Shown: positions 53,082-64,000 of the stretch, in pieces
Position numbering within the stretch: position 1 is the first letter of the stretch
Layout: every line of letters begins with the position of its first letter
NCBI GenBank assembly: GCA_963832165.1
Contig: CAWHTE010000007.1
Span: 224,001 to 288,000 of the forward strand
DNA length: 64,000 nt
Direction: 5' to 3'
Origin: an uncultured delta proteobacterium
Lineage (GTDB): Bacteria; Myxococcota_A; UBA9160; SMWR01
Notes under the pieces: generated by a model
The model's input: the letters and a program-made list of their open reading frames with translations, nothing else
Told to the model about the DNA's origin: nothing
The model's database searches: none
Program-made: the position numbers and the translations under genes

Positions 53082-54669
53082 GAGGCACGGCTCCCGGCCA
53101 GCGGAGCGCCGCCCGAGCCGATCGTGTCGAGCGAGGCGTCCGCGAACGCGGGCACGCTCTGCGCGAGCGCCTTCGAAGCCTCGTGCGCGTCGAAGCGGCC
53201 GTCGAAGCCCGGCAGACCGAGCGCGGCACCGAGCGCTGCGAGCACCTCGCCTTCGCCGCGCGCATCGAACGCGGGCTCGACCGCGGGCTCGACCCGCTGC
53301 ACGCGGCCGGCGTGGTTGGTGAGCGTGCCGTGCTTCTCGGCGGCCACGCGCGTCGGGAACAGCACGTGCGCCACGCGCTGGAGGTCGGACGCGTGGCTGT
53401 CGAGCGCCACGACCGTGTCGAGGCGCGCGAGCGCATCGACGCCGCCGAGGTAGTCGGCGCCGAGCACGTCGTGACCGAGCACGATCAGCCCATCCACGCC
53501 GCCCGAGCGGATCTGCTCGCACACCGCCGCCGCGTCGCCGAAGCCGAGCGCGCGCGCGCCGGCGCCGTTGGCGGCCTTCTCGGCCTGGATCAGCTTGCCG
53601 TCGGCGCGACCGCGCGCGATCGCGACGCCGGACACACCGGCGCCCAACGCGTCGAGCAGGCGCCGGAACACGAACAGCTCCTCGTTGGTCGCGTGCGCCG
53701 ATGCGAGACCCGCGATCGCACCCGCGCCCTTCGCGTCGCGCAGCCGCGCCAGGCGCTGCGCGGCCGCCTGGATCGCGTCGGGGAATTCGCAGGCCTCGGG
53801 CACGCCGAGCTCGCCGCGCACGAGCGCGCGCCGCATGCGATCGGGCGCGCCGATCTCCCGGTAGGACATCCGGCCCTGGTCGCAGATCCAGGTGTCGTTC
53901 ACCGCGTCGTTCCGGCGCGGCACATAGCGGTACACCTTGTTGTTTGCGACGCCGAGATGGATGTTGCAGCCGTTCGCGCAACCGGTGCAGATGCCCGGCA
54001 CGTCGTCGAGGAACCAGACCCGGATCTTGAAGCGGAAATCCTTGGTGGTGAGCGCGCCAACGGGACAGATGTCGGCCACGTTCATCGAATAATCGTTGTC
54101 GAGCGGCACTTCCGGGAAGGTCTCGATCACCGACTCGTCGCCGCGGTTCGTGACCACGAGCTCGCCCGTCCCGGGCACCTCGCGGCAGAAGCGCACGCAG
54201 CGCCGACACAGGATGCAGCGCTCCTGATCGAAGACGATCGTCGGCCCGAGCGAGACGTTCTTCTTGAGCGCGCGGCGCGGCTCGCGCGAGCGCGACGCGG
54301 AGACGCCGTACTCGTACGCGTAGTCCTGGAGCTTGCACTCACCCGCCTGGTCGCAGATCGGGCAATCGAGCGGGTGATTGACGAGCAGGAGCTCCATCAC
54401 GCCCTCGCGTGCCTGCTTCACGCGCGCGCTGTCGGTGCGCACGACCATGCCGTCCTGCACGACCGTGTTGCAGGCGATCTGGAGCTTCGGCAGGCCCTCC
54501 ACCTCGACCTGACACAGACGGCACGAGCCGTCGATCGAGAGCTTCGGGTGCCAGCAGTAGTGCGGGACGTCGACGCCGTTCATGAGCAGGCCGGCGTCGT
54601 CGAGCGCCTGCAACAGCGTGCGCCCCTCGGCGACCTCGATCGGATTTCCGTCGATCGTGATGCGCGGCA

Positions 54670-54670
<1 letters not shown>
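53078..54670 (-). CDS. nuoG: NADH-quinone oxidoreductase subunit G (short form, ~530 aa)
   Basis: CWH...CRLC, HPLDCPICDQAGEC, CILCRRC...C and an N7-type CTGCANGC...C motif. Confidence 0.93.
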
Positions 54671-55965
<1,295 letters not shown>

Positions 55966-55974
55966 GGGGGAGTG

Positions 55975-56442
55975 CTAGGCCAGTGCGTCCAACAGGGCCT
56001 TCGCCTTCTCGGCGTCGAGATCCTCGTGATAGGTGTCGTCGATCCGCAGCATCGGCGCATACGCGCACGCGCCGAGGCACTCCTCGTGGCCCAGGTGGAT
56101 CCGGCCGTCGGAGGTAGTGCCCGACTCGTCGACGCGCAGGTGCTCCTCGAGCTCCCGGTACAGCCCGCGCGCGCCGCGCAGCGAGCAGGGCAGGTTCGTG
56201 CACACGTAGACGTGGTGACGCGCCTGCGGCGCGTCGTAGAACATGTTGTAGAACGAGACCACTTCCATCACTTCGACGGCGCGGATCTCGAAAATCTCGG
56301 CGACCGCGCGCGCGGCATCGGCACTCACGAACCCGATCTCGCCCTGCACGATGTGCAGCGCAGGAAGCAGCGCGCCGCGTTTGCGCGGGTACTTCTGGAT
56401 CTCGGCGTCGATGCGCGTGCGCGCCTCCGCGGAGATCACCAT
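55975..56442 (-). CDS. nuoE: NADH-quinone oxidoreductase subunit E
   Basis: VSFYNMF, VCTNLPC, ECLGAC 2Fe-2S motifs. Confidence 0.95.
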   Translation of the reverse strand: MVISAEARTRIDAEIQKYPRKRGALLPALHIVQGEIGFVSADAARAVAEIFEIRAVEVMEVVSFYNMFYDAPQARHHVYVCTNLPCSLRGARGLYRELEEHLRVDESGTTSDGRIHLGHEECLGACAYAPMLRIDDTYHEDLDAEKAKALLDALA

Positions 56443-56789
56443 TCGAGCCCGCCCTTCATGTACTCGTAGAGCAGGCCTACCGCGAGCGGAATCGTGAAGA
56501 CGAACATCGCGACGAAGCCGTACCAGCCGAGCTCCTGGAACACGGCGCCCCACGGGTAGAAGTAGATCGCCTCGACGTCGAACACGACGAACAGGATCGC
56601 GACCATGTAGAACTTGACCGCGTAGCGCTGGCGCGGCGCCTGGATCTGGTGCTCGCCGCACTCGAACGGCTCCTGCTTCTCCGCGAACTGACGACGCGGC
56701 CCGATCAGCAGGTGGATGCCGAGCAACAAGCACACGATCGCCACGCCGATCACGACCACGACGAGGACACCGGCGTACTCCGCGAGCAT
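56436..56789 (-). CDS. nuoA: NADH-quinone oxidoreductase subunit A
   Basis: PFECG, FYMVAILFVVFDVE, YEYMKGGLEW. Confidence 0.96.
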   Translation of the reverse strand: MLAEYAGVLVVVVIGVAIVCLLLGIHLLIGPRRQFAEKQEPFECGEHQIQAPRQRYAVKFYMVAILFVVFDVEAIYFYPWGAVFQELGWYGFVAMFVFTIPLAVGLLYEYMKGGLEW

Positions 56790-56991
56790 GTTGCAGCTAC
56801 CCCTTCGCGGCTCGACACCAGCCGGTGTTTTCGAGCGAAAGTCCCCGTCCCGGCGACGAAAACCGCGCGGAAGGTAGTGGGGGGTCCAAAGCGCGTCAAC
56901 GAATCTGGCGGGCCTTCGCGCGGCCGTACCCGCGGCGTCGGCCGAGTCGCGGGCGAGCTCACCCGGGCCGAGCTACGCTGGCGCGGCTTCT

Positions 56992-57006
56992 TGAAATCGG
57001 ATTTCA
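56992..57006. promoter_or_regulatory. Fur-like 7-1-7 palindromic operator
   Basis: TGAAATC-G-GATTTCA, a perfect inverted repeat in an AT-rich patch 13 bp upstream of feoA. Confidence 0.7.
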
Positions 57007-57019
57007 TTTTCGATCAGCC

Positions 57020-57301
57020 ATGAACGTCTCCCTGCCCATCTCGGTACCTCTTTCGCGGCTCGGGCCCGGCCAGCGCGCGGAGATCAAGGCAGTGGACGGG
57101 TCGAGTCCGATCGGGCGGCGGCTGCTCGACCTCGGCTTCCGGCCCGGCACCCAGCTGCGCGTGATCCGGCGCGCTCCGCTCGGCGACCCGACCACTTACG
57201 AGCTGCGCGGCTCGCGCTTCTGCCTGCGCCGATCCGAAGCCGAGCGGATCTCGGTGGCGCCGCTCGAGGGCGCGGCGCGCGATCCGCTCATCGCTGGATG
57301 A
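57020..57301 (+). CDS. feoA: Ferrous iron transport protein A
   Basis: RRLLDLGFRPGT, RRAPLGDP, LRRSEA motifs. Confidence 0.95.
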   Translation: MNVSLPISVPLSRLGPGQRAEIKAVDGSSPIGRRLLDLGFRPGTQLRVIRRAPLGDPTTYELRGSRFCLRRSEAERISVAPLEGAARDPLIAG

Positions 57302-59184
57302 GCGCCCCGAGCGCTGCGATCCGGCTCGGATTGATCGGCGCCCCGAACTCGGGGAAGACCACGCTGTTCAACGCGCTGACCGGGCTGCGCGCGAAGGTGG
57401 CGAACTATCCCGGTGTCACCGTGGAGCGACGCGAGGCCCAGGTGCTGCTCGGCACGCGCGCCGCGGTCGTGATCGACCTGCCCGGCACCTACAGCCTCGA
57501 TCCACTGAGCCCCGACGAAGCCGTGGTCTTGCGCGTGCTCGACGGCGAGCTCGCCGCGGCACCCGATGCGCTGGTCGTCGTGGCGGACGCGTGCAGCCTC
57601 GAGCGCTCACTGCCGTTCGTGGCGCAGGTGATGCTGCGCGAGCGGCCGACCTGTCTCGTGCTCACGATGACCGACGAGCTCGCCGCGCGCGGCGGCACGC
57701 TCGATTTCGCACGGCTCGAGCGCGCGCTCGGGATTCCCGTGCTCGGCGTGGTCGGACACCGCGGCCGCGGGCTCGACGCGCTGGTGCGGTTGCTAGGCCG
57801 CCCCGAAGAGTGGAGCCGACCCGTGCTGCTCCCGCCGAGCGATCCGCTCGAGCGCTCGCAATGGGCCGATTCGGTGTTCGCGAGCGTGGTGGGCGTGCGG
57901 CCCGGCATCCACCGCATGACCGAAGCGATCGACCGGATCGTGCTGCACCCGGTCGCGGGATCGCTCTTGTTCGCGGCCGTGATGGTGACCTTCTTCCAGC
58001 TGATCTTCGCGTGGGCCACGCCCGCGATGGATGCGATCGACGCGGGCATCGTCGGGAGCGCGGCCTGGCTGCACGCGAGCCTGCCACCCGGCCTCTGGGT
58101 CGACTTCCTGGCCGACGGGCTCGTCGCGGGCGTCGGCGCCGTGATCGCATTCCTGCCCCAGATCGCGCTCTTGTTCGGGCTGCTCTACCTGCTCGAAGAC
58201 GTCGGCTACATGGCGCGCGCGGCGTTCGTGGTCGACCGCTTGATGGGTCGCGTGGGACTCGAGGGGCGCGCGTTCGTGGCACTGCTCTCCTCGTACGCGT
58301 GCGCGGTACCCGGGATCATGGCGACGCGCACGATCCCGTCGCCGCGCGACCGCCTGGTCACGATCCTCGTGGCGCCACTCATGACCTGTTCGGCGCGGCT
58401 GCCCGTCTACGCGCTCCTGATCGGCGCGTTCGTACCCGCGGTAACGGTCTGGGGTCCGCTCGGGCTCCAGGGACTCGTGCTGCTCGCGCTCTACCTGATC
58501 GGCGGTGTGTCGGCGCTCGTGGTGGCGGCGGTGTTCAAGCGCACGCTGCTGCCGAGCTCGGCGCTGCCGTTCTACCTCGAGCTGCCCTCGTATCGCGTGC
58601 CGACCGCGAAGCTCTGGCTCTCGCAGGTGTGGAAGAGCGCATGGGCGTTCATCCGGCGCGCCGGCACGATCATCTTCACCGTGAGCATCGTGCTCTGGGT
58701 GTTGCTGCACTTCCCGCAGAGCGAGGCGCCGCCCGGCGCGAGCCCGGCCGAGGCAGCGCGCCACACGCTCGAACACAGCTTCGCGGGCCGCGCCGGGACC
58801 GCGATCGAGCCGCTGATCGCGCCGCTCGGCTTCGATTGGAAGATCGGCGTCGGCCTGCTCGCGAGCCTCGCCGCGCGCGAGGTGATCGTCGCGACGCTCG
58901 CGCAGATCTACGCCTCGAGCGACGAGGGCACCTCGCTGCGCAGTGCAATCCGCGCCGACGTCGACCCGCGCACGGGGCGCCCGGTATTCGACCCACCCAC
59001 CGTCGCCGCGCTGCTCGTGTTCTTCGTGTTCGCGCTGCAATGCCTCTCGACGCTCGCGATCATGGCGCGCGAGACCAACAGCTGGCGCTGGCCCGCGTTC
59101 GCGTTCACGTATCTGCTCGCGCTCGCGTACACGGCGAGCTGGTTCACCCACCGCGCGGTTGCAGCGTGGACTGGAGCGAGCTGA
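57298..59184 (+). CDS. feoB: Ferrous iron transport protein B
   Basis: GAPNSGKT, NYPGVTVE, DLPGTYSL, CAVPGIMATR, CSARLPVY. Confidence 0.96.
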   Translation: MSAPSAAIRLGLIGAPNSGKTTLFNALTGLRAKVANYPGVTVERREAQVLLGTRAAVVIDLPGTYSLDPLSPDEAVVLRVLDGELAAAPDALVVVADACSLERSLPFVAQVMLRERPTCLVLTMTDELAARGGTLDFARLERALGIPVLGVVGHRGRGLDALVRLLGRPEEWSRPVLLPPSDPLERSQWADSVFASVVGVRPGIHRMTEAIDRIVLHPVAGSLLFAAVMVTFFQLIFAWATPAMDAIDAGIVGSAAWLHASLPPGLWVDFLADGLVAGVGAVIAFLPQIALLFGLLYLLEDVGYMARAAFVVDRLMGRVGLEGRAFVALLSSYACAVPGIMATRTIPSPRDRLVTILVAPLMTCSARLPVYALLIGAFVPAVTVWGPLGLQGLVLLALYLIGGVSALVVAAVFKRTLLPSSALPFYLELPSYRVPTAKLWLSQVWKSAWAFIRRAGTIIFTVSIVLWVLLHFPQSEAPPGASPAEAARHTLEHSFAGRAGTAIEPLIAPLGFDWKIGVGLLASLAAREVIVATLAQIYASSDEGTSLRSAIRADVDPRTGRPVFDPPTVAALLVFFVFALQCLSTLAIMARETNSWRWPAFAFTYLLALAYTASWFTHRAVAAWTGAS

Positions 59185-59203
59185 GGCCGGTAGACTGCGC
59201 GCC

Positions 59204-60064
59204 ATGAATACCGCCGGACGCCGCCCGCTCCGCGTGCTCGGGCTCTGCGCTGCGCTCGTCGCCGCCTGCACCGCCGGCTGCATGACGCAGCCCGAGCCGA
59301 TCTTCGAGGAGCAGGGCATCCGGGTGTTCCTGCGCTCGGACGTTCGCTGGATGCGCACCGTCGACAAGGGCTATTCGCACCCGGTCACGATCGCGCCCGT
59401 GCGCCTCGCCCACATCCTCTCGCGAATCGACCTGAAGCCGCCGACCGGCTTCCTGGTGAGCTTCGAGGGCGACAAGGAGCGCGTGCCCGCGATCCAGAGC
59501 GACGCCGTCTACGCGGTCGGCGAGGCCGTCTCGAAGGCGCTCGCCTCGGCCGATCCGAACCAGGAAGTGGTCGTGATGGTGATCCGCGACACCAAGCGCT
59601 GGGGCGTCTTCGACCACGACTACCTGACCAGCTTCGTCGCCTACGCGCGCGACGAGCGGCTCTACGTGCACATGTCGCGGCACGACTGGGAGATTCCGAA
59701 GACGCGCGAAGAGCGCATCCCCGAGCCGCGCATCGGCGACAACCCGCAGCGGTTCCGACTCTATACCGGGACCGCGATGTCGCTGATGAACGATCAGAGC
59801 GTCGCGATCGACTGGCGCGATCCGGTCTTCGCAAAGCCCTCGCGCACGCGCGTGCTGCCGAGTGGAGAAGTCGAGCACCGCGAGATCCTCATGGAGAGTC
59901 CGGGGGAGGTGCAGGACCAGGGCGACCCGTCGATGCGCCTGCCCGAGAACCTGTCTCCCGAGCAGCTGCGCAGCCTCGCCGATCTCGAGGAGGCGCGCCG
60001 CGCGGGCAAGATCACCGAGACGGAGTACCGCACGCGCCGGCGCACCATTCTCGGCGCGGAGTAG
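59204..60064 (+). CDS. Hypothetical lipoprotein with C-terminal SHOCT-like domain
   Basis: Lipobox-like TAGC; C-terminal LADLEEARRAGKITETEYRTRRRTIL. Confidence 0.72.
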   Translation: MNTAGRRPLRVLGLCAALVAACTAGCMTQPEPIFEEQGIRVFLRSDVRWMRTVDKGYSHPVTIAPVRLAHILSRIDLKPPTGFLVSFEGDKERVPAIQSDAVYAVGEAVSKALASADPNQEVVVMVIRDTKRWGVFDHDYLTSFVAYARDERLYVHMSRHDWEIPKTREERIPEPRIGDNPQRFRLYTGTAMSLMNDQSVAIDWRDPVFAKPSRTRVLPSGEVEHREILMESPGEVQDQGDPSMRLPENLSPEQLRSLADLEEARRAGKITETEYRTRRRTILGAE

Positions 60065-60117
60065 GCAGCCACAGCCGCGGAAGGCGGGATCCGCTCGCTG
60101 CGCTCGCTTCTCCCGCC

Positions 60118-60594
60118 CTACTTGTCGATGTAGCCCAGCGACTCGAGCATCTTGAGCTCGTCGCTGCCGGGTGCGGGCGCGGCCTTCGCCTCTTCGATCT
60201 GGCCGCGCAGCGCCGCATCGTCCGGGAAGCGCTTGAGGCCCTGGTCGAGCGCCTGGATCGCCGCCGCTCCCTGACCCGCTGCGCGGAGCTCGTCGGCCGT
60301 CGCCGCGAACTGATCCGCGAGCATGTTGTCGGGCCACTCGGTCGTGAGCTTCTGGAGTTGGGCGAGCGTCTCGTCGCCGCGGCCCGATCGGGCGAGCGCC
60401 TGGAGCTTCACGAGTTCGAGACCCCAGCGGTTGATCTCCTCGGGCTCGCGCGCGAGGCCGGCATCTGCCGCCGCAACCGCCTCGGAATAACGAGTTTCGC
60501 CGAGCGCCTTGCGGGCCTCGTCGAGCGCGTCGCGCGCGGACTCCGCACAGGCGAGCAGGGTCAGGACGAGCGCGACGGCGCCGATTCTCCGCAC
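60118..60594 (-). CDS. Small helical/TPR-like lipoprotein
   Basis: Lipobox LLAC, helical repeats (ALDQGLKRFPDD), C-terminal LESLGYI. Confidence 0.65.
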   Translation of the reverse strand: MRRIGAVALVLTLLACAESARDALDEARKALGETRYSEAVAAADAGLAREPEEINRWGLELVKLQALARSGRGDETLAQLQKLTTEWPDNMLADQFAATADELRAAGQGAAAIQALDQGLKRFPDDAALRGQIEEAKAAPAPGSDELKMLESLGYIDK

Positions 60595-60606
60595 GGCAGG
60601 TAGTCT

Positions 60607-62829
60607 ATGGCGATGCGCCCGCGTCACGCCACCGCCGCCCTGGCCGCCTGCCTGATCCCGGCCGCGGCGCATGCCTACATCGGGCCCGGCGCCGGGTTCG
60701 CGTTCGTGGGATCGCTGCTCGTGCTCGTCACCACGTTCGTGATCGCGTTCGCGATCATCCTGACCTGGCCGCTCCGCATGCTCTACCGCTTTATCGCGGT
60801 CGGCAATCCGTACAAGAACGCGCAGAGCAAGCGCGTGGTGATCCTAGGCCTCGACGGGCTCGATCCGGGCCTCGCCACCAAGTTCATCCTCGAAGGCCGG
60901 ATGCCGAACTTCGCGAAGCTCGCCGAGCGCGGCGTGTTCCGGCCGCTCGACACGAGCGTGCCGTCGATGTCGCCGGTCGCGTGGTCGACGTTCGCGACGG
61001 GCGTCGATGCGAGCCGGCACTGCATCTACGATTTCCTCACGCGCGATCCGTGCACCTACGCCCCGATGCTCTCCTCGACGGCGATCATCAACCCCAAGCG
61101 GTCGGTCAACGTGGGGCCGTATGCGATCCCGCTCGGCAAGCCGCGCATGAAGCTGCGCCAGAAGAGCCAGCACTTCTGGAAGCTGCTCGGCGAGAAGAAC
61201 ATCTTCTCGATCATCCAACGCGTGCCGATCACGTTCCCGCCCGTGCCGTTCAAGAATGGGCTTCTGTTGTCCGGCATGTGCGTACCCGATCTGCGCGGCA
61301 GCCAGGGCACGTTCTCGTTCTTCAGCACCGAGTCGCGCGACGGCCAGGCCGCGTTCGTGGGCGGGGAGCAGACCGTGCTGCGGCGCAAGGACGGCGTGAT
61401 CCGGTCGCGGATCGTGGGCCCCGACCACGCGCTCTTGCGCTCGGGCGGGCGCATGACGCTCCCGTTCACGCTCGTGCCGGCCGCGGACGGCCGCAGCGCC
61501 CGGCTCGAGATCGAGGGCGTCGAGGCGAAGACGCTCGCGGTCGGTGAATACAGTGATTGGGTCGAGCTCGGATTCGCGGCCGGGCTCCGCGTGACCGTGC
61601 GCGGGATCGCGAAGTTCTACCTGATCTCGGCGGCGCCCGAAGTGAATCTCTACATGACTCCGATCCACATCGATCCGGAGCACCCGGCGATGCCGATCTC
61701 GCATCCCGAGGTGTACGCGATCTACCTCGCGAAGAAGCAGGGCAAGTTCGCCACGCTCGGACTCGCCGAGGACACCTGGGCGCTCAACAACCGCGTCGTC
61801 GACGAGAAGGTGTTCTTCGAGCAGGCGATGTGCTTCCACGAGGAGCGCGAGCGGATGTTCCTCGACGCGATCGAGCAGTCGAAGCGGGGCCTCGTCACGA
61901 CCGTGTTCGACACCACCGATCGCGTGCAGCACATGTTCTACCGCTATCTCGACCCGACCCATCCCGCGAATGCGGACAAGGACACCGAGGTGTGGAAGGA
62001 CGCGATCGGGCAGGTCTACGAGCGCGTCGATGCACTGCTCGGCAAGGTCTGGCACCTCGTGGACGACCCCGACACCACGTTCATGGTGATCAGCGACCAC
62101 GGCTTCACCAACTTCCGCCGCTGCGTGAACCTGAACAGCTGGCTGCGCGACAACGGCTACCTGTTCCTCACCGACGAGAACGCGCGCACGAGCGGCGACT
62201 ACCTCGACGGCATCGACTGGAGCCGCACCAGGGCGTTCGCAATCGGCCTGACTGGGCTGTTCGTGAACCGCCGCGGGCGCGAGCGATCCGGCATCGTCGC
62301 CGAGGGCAGCGAGTACCGCCGGCTCGTGCAGGAGCTCGCCGACAAGCTCGGCCAGCTCGTCGACCCGCAGACGGGCGAACGGTGCGTGCGACGCGTCGCG
62401 GTGGCGCACCAGTTCTTCGGCGGTCCGTACCGCTTCGACGCGCCCGACCTGCTGATCGGATGGGAAGGCGGCTACCGCCACAGCTGGGAGTGCGCGACGG
62501 GCCAGGTGACGGAAGCGGTATTCACGGACAACACGCGCAGCTGGTCCGGCGATCACTGCGTCGATCCCTCGATCGTGCCGGGCGTCCTGTTCTGCAACCG
62601 CGCGATCCGCACCGACAGCCCGCGCCTCGTCGACATCCCCGCGAGCGTGATGCGCCTGTTCGGCCAGCCGATCCCTGGATACATGCAGGGCGAGATGATC
62701 TTCGCAGAGGGCGGCGCACCGGCGGAGGTGGCGGGCATGCTCGACCCGACCACCCTCGCGCAGAGCGGGGCCGCGCCGGGCGCGCGGATCTTCTCGGAGC
62801 CCGGGCGGCGCGCCAGCAGCGGATCATGA
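60607..62829 (+). CDS. Alkaline phosphatase superfamily / type I phosphodiesterase-nucleotide pyrophosphatase
   Basis: ILGLDGLD, SPVAWSTFATG, DRVQH, ISDHGF, WSGDH motifs. Confidence 0.9.
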   Translation: MAMRPRHATAALAACLIPAAAHAYIGPGAGFAFVGSLLVLVTTFVIAFAIILTWPLRMLYRFIAVGNPYKNAQSKRVVILGLDGLDPGLATKFILEGRMPNFAKLAERGVFRPLDTSVPSMSPVAWSTFATGVDASRHCIYDFLTRDPCTYAPMLSSTAIINPKRSVNVGPYAIPLGKPRMKLRQKSQHFWKLLGEKNIFSIIQRVPITFPPVPFKNGLLLSGMCVPDLRGSQGTFSFFSTESRDGQAAFVGGEQTVLRRKDGVIRSRIVGPDHALLRSGGRMTLPFTLVPAADGRSARLEIEGVEAKTLAVGEYSDWVELGFAAGLRVTVRGIAKFYLISAAPEVNLYMTPIHIDPEHPAMPISHPEVYAIYLAKKQGKFATLGLAEDTWALNNRVVDEKVFFEQAMCFHEERERMFLDAIEQSKRGLVTTVFDTTDRVQHMFYRYLDPTHPANADKDTEVWKDAIGQVYERVDALLGKVWHLVDDPDTTFMVISDHGFTNFRRCVNLNSWLRDNGYLFLTDENARTSGDYLDGIDWSRTRAFAIGLTGLFVNRRGRERSGIVAEGSEYRRLVQELADKLGQLVDPQTGERCVRRVAVAHQFFGGPYRFDAPDLLIGWEGGYRHSWECATGQVTEAVFTDNTRSWSGDHCVDPSIVPGVLFCNRAIRTDSPRLVDIPASVMRLFGQPIPGYMQGEMIFAEGGAPAEVAGMLDPTTLAQSGAAPGARIFSEPGRRASSGS

Positions 62830-64000
62830 GACTGCCGGCGCATTTCGCGCGGTCGTTCATCGCGCTCGCAGCGCTGCCGATCGCGCTCGCCGCGAACGCG
62901 GCCGAGGGCGTGTTCGTGATGGGCGTGGACGGCATGGATCCCGTGATCCTCGAGCGCCTGCTCGCCCGCGGCGAGATGCCGAACTTCGCGCGGCTGCGCG
63001 ACGAGGGAACGCTGCAACCGCTCGGCACTTCGACGCCGCCGCAGAGTCCCGTGGCGTGGTCGAACTTCGTCACGGGGATGAATCCGGGTGGCCATGGGAT
63101 CTTCGATTTCATCCACCGCGATCCCGCTACCTACAAGCCGATCTCGTCGGCGACACCGCCCGTCACCGATCCCGGCGGTGCGCTGCACGTATTCGGCTAC
63201 GTGATCCCCACCTCCGCGCCCGAGTCGCATAACAACCGCGGTGGAACGCCGTGGTGGGATGTGCTGGAGCAGCACGGCGTCGACGTCGAGGTCTATCGCA
63301 TCCCGGGCAACTTCCCGACGCCGCCCTCGAAGGCGCGCGTGCTCTCCGGCATGGGCACCGTCGACGTGCGCGGCGGCTACGGCACCTACACGCTCTACAC
63401 CGACCGCCCCGTACCCGACGATCCCAAGGGCGACATCCAGCTCGTGCGCGTGCAGGACCTCGATCTCGATCGCGTGCCCGACACCGTGAACGCGATCCTG
63501 CGCGGGCCACCGGATCAGTTCCACCTCGAGCCCGGCGCGGTGCCCGGCAACGACGACTATCTCGCGAAGGGCGTGACGATCCACCTCGCGGCCGACCGCG
63601 CGGCCGCGGTGGTCGAGATCGGGGGCCAGCGCGCGCTCTTGCGCGAAGGCGAGTGGTCGGACTGGATGGCGGTCGACTACGACGCGCTGCCGTTCGGGCT
63701 GCTCACCGTGGCAGGCGCGGTGCGCTTCTATGCCGTGGAGCTCGCGCCGGGCTTCCGCGTCTACGCGTCGCCCGTGAACATCTCGCCCGCGAGCCCCGCA
63801 GTGCCGCTCACGAGCCCCGACGCGTTCCTCGACGAGCTCTTCGAGAACCTCGGCTTCTTCTACACGAAGGGAATGCCCGAGGAGACCGATGCGCTCAAGG
63901 ATGGCGTGTTCACCGACGACGACTATCTCGCACAGGTGGCGCTCGTGCAGCAGGACACGCGGCGCATGGTGCAGCTCGCGCTCGACCGCTTCACGCCCGG
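62826..64000 (+). CDS. Second alkaline phosphatase superfamily protein (3' truncated by window; not in ORF track)
   Basis: ATGA overlap; signal peptide, VMGVDGMDP, PPQSPVAWSNFVTG, HGIFDFIHRDP. Confidence 0.88.
   Translation, partial: MRLPAHFARSFIALAALPIALAANAAEGVFVMGVDGMDPVILERLLARGEMPNFARLRDEGTLQPLGTSTPPQSPVAWSNFVTGMNPGGHGIFDFIHRDPATYKPISSATPPVTDPGGALHVFGYVIPTSAPESHNNRGGTPWWDVLEQHGVDVEVYRIPGNFPTPPSKARVLSGMGTVDVRGGYGTYTLYTDRPVPDDPKGDIQLVRVQDLDLDRVPDTVNAILRGPPDQFHLEPGAVPGNDDYLAKGVTIHLAADRAAAVVEIGGQRALLREGEWSDWMAVDYDALPFGLLTVAGAVRFYAVELAPGFRVYASPVNISPASPAVPLTSPDAFLDELFENLGFFYTKGMPEETDALKDGVFTDDDYLAQVALVQQDTRRMVQLALDRFTP

Overview
High-GC bacterial DNA; gene content (PEP-CTERM proteins, actinobacterial-like steroid/lipid catabolic genes, nuo, feoAB) is compatible with a Myxococcota/Desulfobacterota-like lineage, which is an inference. 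1-21.9 kb: pfk 3' end, sulfotransferase, SDR, amine dehydrogenase-like protein, flavin monooxygenase, MFS, methyltransferases, a sigma54-preceded kinase-like lipoprotein/DUF4956/beta-barrel operon, a FadE26/FadE27-like pair with a perfect KstR-type box, a large class A PBP-like gene, serS and selB. 21.9-44.1 kb: an accessory cell-surface island between selB and lepB. It holds three PEP-CTERM genes, two large frameshift-riddled RTX genes, T1SS ABC and MFP genes translationally coupled behind a degenerate catalytic-domain-only tyrosine recombinase, a 4 x 28 bp repeat array, and a divergent GT4 plus FkbM pair. Copies of the selB 3' end recur inside the island and, inverted, at its far border. 44-64 kb: lepB, GFA, KSI-like protein, a nuo operon lacking nuoB/C/D/I, feoAB with a Fur-like palindrome, two lipoproteins and two alkaline-phosphatase-superfamily genes. 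The best candidate for an undescribed system is the recombinase-derived gene plus 28-bp array heading the T1SS/RTX/glycosylation locus, together with apparent cassette accretion at the selB 3' end. All identities and counts were made by eye; no searches were run.
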